DNA of 30,696 nt, from positions 1-30,696 of IMG/VR virus record IMGVR_UViG_3300025786_000006. One strand, written 5' to 3'. How positions within the stretch are numbered: the first letter of the stretch is position 1; each line of letters begins with the position of its first letter. Positions 25,285 through 30,696 of the stretch are shown here, in pieces. Source of the DNA: a virus. Its lineage: Duplodnaviria; Caudoviricetes. Under the pieces are notes generated by a model. The model had not been told where the DNA came from and did not search any database. It saw only the letters and a program-made list of their open reading frames with translations. A program made the translations under genes and the position numbers.

Positions 25285-26614
25285 AATAATTTACTCCTGA
25301 AATGCTCCCCCAGGTACGCAGAGGGAGATCTTTTTCTGTTTGGCCTGTTGTCTGTATCTGACTGTAATCTGGTGGAGCTTCGGTATCTGCGGCAGCACAG
25401 GCCAGAGCCAGAGCCCAGAATCTATCCGCGTGACTGCCATTTGCCCGACCGGCAGATAAGCGAGGGCTTCCAGTGGGGCCAATGGTTTTGGTGACTGAAT
25501 GTAAGTCATCACGCAAGGCTTGTACATGGGGAATTCTAATCAGACGGTCTTCCATACGGGTTTTGAGTACCGTCGCGATATTCAATTTGCGCTCACCACT
25601 AAAATTCACAGCTTCTACTCTGCTGTGTCCGTGCTGGTATTTCGCCCATTCAACAGGCTCACTGCCCATTCCCGTTGAATCCATGGCAGCCCTGAGAATC
25701 CGGTATTTTCTGAACAATTCATTGATGACTTCTTTTTGCTGATGCCAGGGGGTTCTGAAGAGTTCGCGATACTCACGCAGCCAGAGCACATCCCCGACAT
25801 TTTCGAGCAGATACATTGTGGTTAAATCGCGCTCACGGCCAAAGTCTACCCCCAGGTAGCAATAGCCTCCGGCATAAAGATCTGGAATTCCAGCATAAGG
25901 GTCTTCACAACTATCAATCAGGTCATAGGTCAGCCAAGCTGTGGCCGCGTCGATAAACTTACATTCAAATTCCTGTGCCCAAGCATCAGGGTCATTCAGG
26001 CCCGCTTTAAGCTCTTCAATATTGCGAGGCAACCCATCAGCGACCGCCTGATAAATATCTGTAATGTGTCGGGTAAAGCCCATTTTGTCTGAGGTCATGA
26101 TTTCATAAAATTTATTGCCCTTGCCGTTGGGCGTAGAAATGACGCGCAGTTTTAGGCCAGGTTTGGAAATCACCGGGAAAAGGGCTGTCCAGATGGCACG
26201 GCTGTCTTGATGGTGAGCAAATTCATCCAGAATCAGGTTTTCTGTCATGCCGCGTGCAGTGCGCGGATTGGCTGCAATAGCCCGTATCCTGGAACCACCA
26301 GGAAGCCGCACCTCATAAGCTTTGTCTTCTTTGCTGAATTCTTCTTCGAGGTATTCAAAGGCCATTTGAAAGGCATTCAAATGCAGTTTAACCCCGTTGT
26401 CTATCGCATCTTTGGCGCGGTCTTCTGAAACGGAGAGGATCGTCCAGCGTCGGGGTCTCCCCTCAGATTCTCCCTCCAAGCAATCCAAAACCGATTCAAG
26501 TGTTGTGGTAAATGTTTTACCGCATTGACGCGAAAACATCCCGACTTTAAAGCGGGAATCGTCTTTCAGATAGCGCTGCTGATAAGGATAGAGAACAGGC
26601 CCATCAGACCCCAT
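25274..26614 (-). CDS. Terminase large subunit (Mu gp28-like)
   Basis: LYPYQ, Walker A SRQCGKT, Walker B LILDEFA, ISTPNG, GVDFGR, HADRFWALALA. Confidence 0.96.
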   Translation of the reverse strand: MGSDGPVLYPYQQRYLKDDSRFKVGMFSRQCGKTFTTTLESVLDCLEGESEGRPRRWTILSVSEDRAKDAIDNGVKLHLNAFQMAFEYLEEEFSKEDKAYEVRLPGGSRIRAIAANPRTARGMTENLILDEFAHHQDSRAIWTALFPVISKPGLKLRVISTPNGKGNKFYEIMTSDKMGFTRHITDIYQAVADGLPRNIEELKAGLNDPDAWAQEFECKFIDAATAWLTYDLIDSCEDPYAGIPDLYAGGYCYLGVDFGRERDLTTMYLLENVGDVLWLREYRELFRTPWHQQKEVINELFRKYRILRAAMDSTGMGSEPVEWAKYQHGHSRVEAVNFSGERKLNIATVLKTRMEDRLIRIPHVQALRDDLHSVTKTIGPTGSPRLSAGRANGSHADRFWALALACAAADTEAPPDYSQIQTTGQTEKDLPLRTWGSISGVNYCGY

Positions 26615-27140
26615 ACAGGGCCTCTCTGACTGCGCGAAGGGTTTCTGGATCTAAGCGTTTTTTGCCTTTGGTCTGTTCTTGAGCCTGGGCTTCGAGCGCA
26701 GAGAGTTTGGACTTAACTTCATCTTCCCAGCGTTTTTGACTGACACTGGCACGACTGGCTTCAGAAATGGCTCTGGCCGCACCTGAAAGCAGTTTGACCC
26801 GTTCGCCAGGATCGGCATCTTCGGCATCCTGCAAATTGAGCAGGGCTTCAAAGAGTTCTGTCTGCACCAATGAAATGACGGCAGCAGAGCGGTGATCGGC
26901 ATCATCAGGGGCGGATTGAGCAATCATACGAGCAGCCTCTGTACTGGCCTTGATTGCACTTAAACGGCGCTCAAGCTTTTGCCCATGGCGATGAATAGCC
27001 GCATGAGAGATATCAAAGCCCTTGTCTTTCATCAGGGCCTCAAGTTCTTTGTAGCCAGAGAAGCCACGATCTATCAAAGCTTTTTCAAGCCATTCGCGCA
27101 CTTCGGAAGGCATGATTGCAATCTTTGAGGGTTTCGCCAT
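26604..27140 (-). CDS. Terminase small subunit (Mu gp27/DUF3486-like)
   Basis: SKI..MPSEVREWL...GFDISHAAIHRHG...IREALYG-type end (VREALYGV). Start MAKPSK. Confidence 0.88.
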   Translation of the reverse strand: MAKPSKIAIMPSEVREWLEKALIDRGFSGYKELEALMKDKGFDISHAAIHRHGQKLERRLSAIKASTEAARMIAQSAPDDADHRSAAVISLVQTELFEALLNLQDAEDADPGERVKLLSGAARAISEASRASVSQKRWEDEVKSKLSALEAQAQEQTKGKKRLDPETLRAVREALYGV

Positions 27141-27142
27141 GT

Positions 27143-27451
27143 TTACCACTTTGGGGGGCGGGCAATACCGGCAGGACAATCAGAACGATAATCCACCAGA
27201 TCTTCGCCATCGGGGGTAATGGTTGCGTGCCAGAGAGGCTGATTGTCATTGACTTCAATCAGGTGACGGCCCTTGAGGTAGTGCATTTCTTGCCTGACCT
27301 GATCTTGGGTAACGCGCAGAGGCACGTCTTGAGCGGTACGCAGAATCAGGTACTCGCTGCACCCATAGGGCCGGGCATGCCACAGGGCAGACAAAATAAT
27401 CCAGCGCAGGGTTTCGCGCTCGGCACGGGCAATATCCATAATGTCAGGCAT
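27143..27451 (-). CDS. Mu gp26-like winged-helix protein
   Basis: RETLRWIILSAL...VRQEMHYL...ATITPDGEDLV...PAGIARP. Confidence 0.85.
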   Translation of the reverse strand: MPDIMDIARAERETLRWIILSALWHARPYGCSEYLILRTAQDVPLRVTQDQVRQEMHYLKGRHLIEVNDNQPLWHATITPDGEDLVDYRSDCPAGIARPPKW

Positions 27452-27776
27452 TTCGTTTCAACTCCAGCATAATTTCATAAACCTTGTCTAGCTTGGCATT
27501 CAGCACCGTCTGGTCTCTGATTGTGTCATCACGGCGCTGGTACTGAATGGGCAATTCAACCAGGAGTTTTCTGAATTCAGCCTCCACACGCTGAAGCTCC
27601 AAGCGGTTTGCTTCAAGTTGCGCTATGAACTGCTTATTTTCTTCGGCGACCTTTTTTTCAAAGCTTGAAAAAACCTTTGAAACAAGACGCTGAATCACTC
27701 CAATCAAAAGAGCAGACCAGGCCACAGCCAAACCTGAAGCCCAAGCGACCTGCCCCCACTCAAGCGTTAATGTCAT
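27444..27776 (-). CDS. Membrane-anchored coiled-coil protein (Mu gp25 position)
   Basis: N-terminal TM helix, coiled coil, ELPIQYQRRDD motif. Confidence 0.75.
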   Translation of the reverse strand: MTLTLEWGQVAWASGLAVAWSALLIGVIQRLVSKVFSSFEKKVAEENKQFIAQLEANRLELQRVEAEFRKLLVELPIQYQRRDDTIRDQTVLNAKLDKVYEIMLELKRNA

Positions 27777-28009
27777 GGCTCACCACCTGTATTGCCAAGG
27801 GGCTGAGTCGTAACCACCCGCAGAACAGCATTCACGACAGGCAAAACACCCGCCATAATCAGGTAGAAGTTTTCACCCACCAGAGGCTTTAGCATCCCTG
27901 TACTGGCTTCAAGGGCAGTTAGGCCAGCGGCCAGGGCGTTAAAGATCAGGGTCTTTGAGGTATACCAGGGCTTTTTAGGCTGTTCCTGTACAGGCTGATT
28001 ATTTTCCAT
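27773..28009 (-). CDS. Putative holin
   Basis: 78 aa. KPWYTSKTLIFN, two hydrophobic helices, LRVVTTQP. Downstream of the lysin. GGAG RBS. Confidence 0.72.
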   Translation of the reverse strand: MENNQPVQEQPKKPWYTSKTLIFNALAAGLTALEASTGMLKPLVGENFYLIMAGVLPVVNAVLRVVTTQPLGNTGGEP

Positions 28010-28142
28010 GAGGTCTCCGATCTGTGAATGCGATATGATAGGCCTCAAAGGCCATTTGCTGAGAGGGAAAGGGCTGACTGGTGAAATCACCCACCATGTA
28101 ATGCCAGCCCCGATTCCCCAAATAAAACTGAACTTTACGCAT
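27999..28142 (-). CDS. 47-aa hypothetical protein between lysin and holin (not in ORF track)
   Basis: MRKVQFYLGNRGWHYMVGDFTSQPFPSQQMAFEAYHIAFTDRRPHGK. TGATG-coupled to the lysin stop, overlaps the holin start. Confidence 0.6.
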   Translation of the reverse strand: MRKVQFYLGNRGWHYMVGDFTSQPFPSQQMAFEAYHIAFTDRRPHGK

Positions 28143-28594
28143 CAAAATTTAGCCAGGTCGTAAGAGACTCTGCCGCTATAATAACGGGCGATCAAATACT
28201 GACGGCGCGGATTAGCACCTGCCTGAGCAATGCCAACATGCACCCAGGAGCCGAATTCATCAATCACCTGATCGACAGGCAGATTCATAGCATGGATATA
28301 CCGCATAAGCTGAGAGGAAGACATGCCTTGAACGTGAATATCTGCGGCGCGTCCGTCCATGTGCGCTGAGGTAGTTGACCCTCCGATGACCCGATTCAGA
28401 GCCGGGGAACGGTACCCGCTGGTGATCAGCACGGGGCGGGCCAGTTTATCGCGTAGGGGCTGAAGGGCCGTTTTGCAGAGGCGCTCCAGATTGGCGATAT
28501 GCGCCGCACCGGGTTCATTTGAAATATTCTGACGGGCAGCAGTCTGAGAAACTGTTAATTCAGAAAGATAGAAATTGGGTGAAAGTTTGGGCAT
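28142..28594 (-). CDS. Endolysin, peptidase M15A (Zn D-Ala-D-Ala peptidase fold)
   Basis: ITSGYRSPALN...SAHMDGRAADI...WVHVG. GGAGGA RBS before MPKLSPNF. Confidence 0.93.
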   Translation of the reverse strand: MPKLSPNFYLSELTVSQTAARQNISNEPGAAHIANLERLCKTALQPLRDKLARPVLITSGYRSPALNRVIGGSTTSAHMDGRAADIHVQGMSSSQLMRYIHAMNLPVDQVIDEFGSWVHVGIAQAGANPRRQYLIARYYSGRVSYDLAKF

Positions 28595-28614
28595 GATGGC
28601 ATCCTCCTGGATTG

Positions 28615-28661
28615 AGAATGCCAAAAATGAAGGGGTTAAGTCGTGGTGAACTAAATCAAAC
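28615..28661 (-). promoter_or_regulatory. Late promoter copy 3 (degenerate; position of Mu P-lys)
   Basis: On - it reads GTTTGATTTAGTTCACCACGAC-N19-CATTCT. Same TCACCACGAC core and same 19-nt spacing to a -10-like hexamer as the 57-bp repeats. Confidence 0.65.
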
Positions 28662-28679
28662 TGAGTGTGTTTTCGGTTC

Positions 28680-29102
28680 TTAAACCTTGTATTCATCGAG
28701 AATGTAATAGATATTTCGCGCACTTCTACCGAGTTGTAATGCTGTTAGATGCACCGCCCTACGACGTGAGTTTCCTTGTGAAACAAAATTGCGAAAAATT
28801 TGTATAGCCTCTCTGTGTATAGACCTGGCTTCTTTGGCGCGATTACGAACAATATAAATCTCTTCACCACCAAACTTCAATACAAGAAGTCGAGCCAATT
28901 CCAGACCAAGCTTTTGCTCAAAGAATTCATAATCTGTCCCGTTTGGCTGACGAGGGACTTTGATAGATAGACCACCAAGAGCCTTGATAATTGTCAGAGC
29001 GTTTTCTTTGCCCAATTCAAACTCAAGAACACCAATTTGATCTTCAGATATTTGTGGCAATTTTGTATATTCTTCAAGCGGGAAAAGAGAGGGCTGTTCC
29101 AT
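28680..29102 (-). CDS. Mor/C-family late transcription activator
   Basis: ALGGLSIKVP and KFGGEEIYI motifs, C-terminal HTH (LGRSARNIYYIL). Directly before the lysis genes. Confidence 0.82.
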   Translation of the reverse strand: MEQPSLFPLEEYTKLPQISEDQIGVLEFELGKENALTIIKALGGLSIKVPRQPNGTDYEFFEQKLGLELARLLVLKFGGEEIYIVRNRAKEARSIHREAIQIFRNFVSQGNSRRRAVHLTALQLGRSARNIYYILDEYKV

Positions 29103-29506
29103 TATCTTTTATCCTTTGCAGGCGCTGGCATTTTGAAAAAATCTGCCAGTGAGGCTTTAATTTTCTGAACTTGCTCAATATTGAAGAGGCGTTGCTCTTC
29201 GGTCATTTTGGGAGCCATGAGCTTTAAGGGTTCTGGCCGTGGGGGCAGGGCTGCAATCAAATCTTTAGGAACAGGCCAGCGCTCCACTTCAGGAAGCATG
29301 GTCAAGAATGCTTCTTCGAGACGGGGTCTGTCCTGAGCTTCATCCCATGAGGTAGAGTATTTCCACAGGGCCTTAATCCAAGCCTTGCCGGTCATACCGA
29401 TGGTTTCTGCCGGGGGCTGACCAGGCAACCCCAAAACAACGAGATGCTTCAGACCATCAGAAACCACATCACGCAGCCATTTCGGCGGTTCTTGGCGTTC
29501 AACCAT
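29102..29506 (-). CDS. Mu-like phage hypothetical protein
   Basis: GLKHLVVLGLPGQPPAE...ERWPVPKDLIAALPPR. GGAGG RBS before MVERQ. Confidence 0.8.
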   Translation of the reverse strand: MVERQEPPKWLRDVVSDGLKHLVVLGLPGQPPAETIGMTGKAWIKALWKYSTSWDEAQDRPRLEEAFLTMLPEVERWPVPKDLIAALPPRPEPLKLMAPKMTEEQRLFNIEQVQKIKASLADFFKMPAPAKDKR

Positions 29507-29951
29507 TTTTAATATCCTCCAGGGCAAACAGGGCCGCAGCCGTTTTACTTTGATACGTTGGGCGGGCAGGCATGGGGGTTGGAGTAATCACAGCTTGAGT
29601 AGAATCTGAGGGCAAGCCTTCCAGAACCCGCTTGAGATAGTTGTGATTGTTCATGGGTTTCCAGTTCCCTGAAGCCTGCTTTTCGCGCAAGATTTCCACA
29701 GCTTTTGCAAGCCCTGTGGATAACCGAGCTTTGTCTGAATCCAAAGCCAGAACTTCTTGAGCCAGTCGCAAGGCACGATCAAAGGAAAGAGCGCGTGAGG
29801 CAGAGCGAAACAGGCCCAGGTATGAAACAAGGGGGCGAGAGGTTGCGGGTTCGAGCTTTGCCAAAACCACCATCAATTCACGCCCAGCTTCGCTATCCAG
29901 CGCAGAAGCCAGATCGAATTCAGCAAAACAAGAGGGGCATTTGATTCTCAT
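29499..29951 (-). CDS. Mu-like phage hypothetical protein with N-terminal CPxC
   Basis: MRIKCPSC...YLGLFRSASRALSFDRA...NHNYLKRV. Follows GemA. Confidence 0.82.
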   Translation of the reverse strand: MRIKCPSCFAEFDLASALDSEAGRELMVVLAKLEPATSRPLVSYLGLFRSASRALSFDRALRLAQEVLALDSDKARLSTGLAKAVEILREKQASGNWKPMNNHNYLKRVLEGLPSDSTQAVITPTPMPARPTYQSKTAAALFALEDIKNG

Positions 29952-30352
29952 CGCGTGTTTCTCCGTTTCTGGTCATAAACCAGAGCCGCCACAACCTTAT
30001 GCAGTTGATCAGGTGTGGCCCATTCAAGCCTATCAGGAGCTTTGTCACCAAACATGTGTTTCAGCATGGCTTCGATATATGTCACGGGCCGGTCGCCCAA
30101 CATGGCATAGATTTTCTTGACCATGCGGATTTTATCGTCGGGCAAGTTTACACGGGGTTTATGCCACGGTTTTTTGCCCTGCAAACGCTCCATTTCAGCA
30201 ATCAACTTCTGGCGTTCATTGTCGTCGAGGTCAGCAGCACTGCGCTTTCCGGTTACACCTTCGAGCAGATCGCGATAGCAATCATCATCGAGACCCAAGC
30301 GCTTTTTGGCGGCATGGATAATTCCCAGTTCCTTGCGGCGATCAGGTTTCAT
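29948..30352 (-). CDS. gemA: GemA/gp16-like protein
   Basis: IIHAAKKRLGLDDDCYRDLLEGVTGKRSAADL...QLHKVVAAL. Start MKPDRR by ATGA overlap. Confidence 0.88.
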   Translation of the reverse strand: MKPDRRKELGIIHAAKKRLGLDDDCYRDLLEGVTGKRSAADLDDNERQKLIAEMERLQGKKPWHKPRVNLPDDKIRMVKKIYAMLGDRPVTYIEAMLKHMFGDKAPDRLEWATPDQLHKVVAALVYDQKRRNTR

Positions 30353-30696
30353 GCTCTGCACCCCCGGATACATTCATCCAATGCTTTGAGTTCTTCAGTC
30401 AGAGCTTCAATGGTGGCATCCAAACCAAAGTGAATATCCATAGATTGATCCAAGCTTTCGCGCTCATACTGTTTACCAAAGGCCAGTGCTTCTTCAGGGG
30501 TATCAAAGACATGGCGGGCCTGAGGAGAATAAACGAAGCCTCCTTGCTGCATCCTGATTTCAGGAGGCAAGATTTTAAGCTGGTCAGGGCTCCCTTCTTC
30601 AAGTATTTTTTGAGCGTGAAGGGCCGCTCCAACTGTGGGATAAGAGCGCTGAATGATTCTGCCTGTGCGAAGATTGCGCAGGTGATAAAGCAGGGT
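30349..30696 (-). CDS. Hypothetical protein, 5' end outside window
   Basis: The frame of the 30349..30570 ORF stays open to the window edge (TLLYHLRNLRTGRIIQRSYP...). Confidence 0.7.
   Translation of the reverse strand, partial: TLLYHLRNLRTGRIIQRSYPTVGAALHAQKILEEGSPDQLKILPPEIRMQQGGFVYSPQARHVFDTPEEALAFGKQYERESLDQSMDIHFGLDATIEALTEELKALDECIRGCRA

Larger units (their letters stand above)
1..30696 (-). mobile_element. Mu-like transposable prophage (late region plus part of semi-essential region), contractile tail
   Basis: Mu gene order GemA-Mor-lysis-gp26-27-28-29-F-G-I-capsid-gp36-gp37-sheath, and a TG end with repeats. Confidence 0.95.

Noticed and set aside
28070-28095. GGTGAAATCACC palindrome as a fourth late promoter
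   Set aside because: Lacks the CACGAC core and a -10 at the 19-nt spacing, and lies inside the 47-aa ORF.

Overview
The window is the right-hand ~30.7 kb of a transposable (Mu-like) myophage/prophage, encoded almost entirely on the - strand. Position 1 is the phage end itself: 5'-TG followed by two direct 19-bp repeats at 22-bp pitch and one inverted degenerate copy, the Mu R1/R2/R3 layout. Reading right to left on -: end of the semi-essential region (GemA-like, hypotheticals), Mor/C-type activator, lysis genes (M15 peptidase, holin), Mu gp26/27/28/29 packaging genes, MuF with a C-terminal nuclease-like extension, Mu G, protease/scaffold, capsid, neck, then a P2-like contractile tail (sheath, tube, E/E' with a GGGAAAG frameshift, tape measure, U, X, D, V, W, J, I), tail-fibre genes with 90-bp repeats, and a terminal transglutaminase-like Cys protease where Mu has gin/mom. 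Main points of interest: (1) a structured antisense RNA candidate with its own TATAAT, which closes exactly on the stop codon of the MuF-nuclease gene; (2) an AT-rich + strand two-gene cassette (SocA/Panacea-like-DUF488 fusion plus a partner with sliding-clamp motifs) and an IS200/IS605 relic in the G-I slot; (3) a perfect 57-bp duplicated, apparently leaderless late promoter, with a degenerate third copy; (4) small ORFs missed by the ORF track, including a 36-aa, 9-Cys peptide in the baseplate operon. All family calls come from motif recognition and synteny, not from database searches. Repressor, transposase A/B and the left end lie outside the window.
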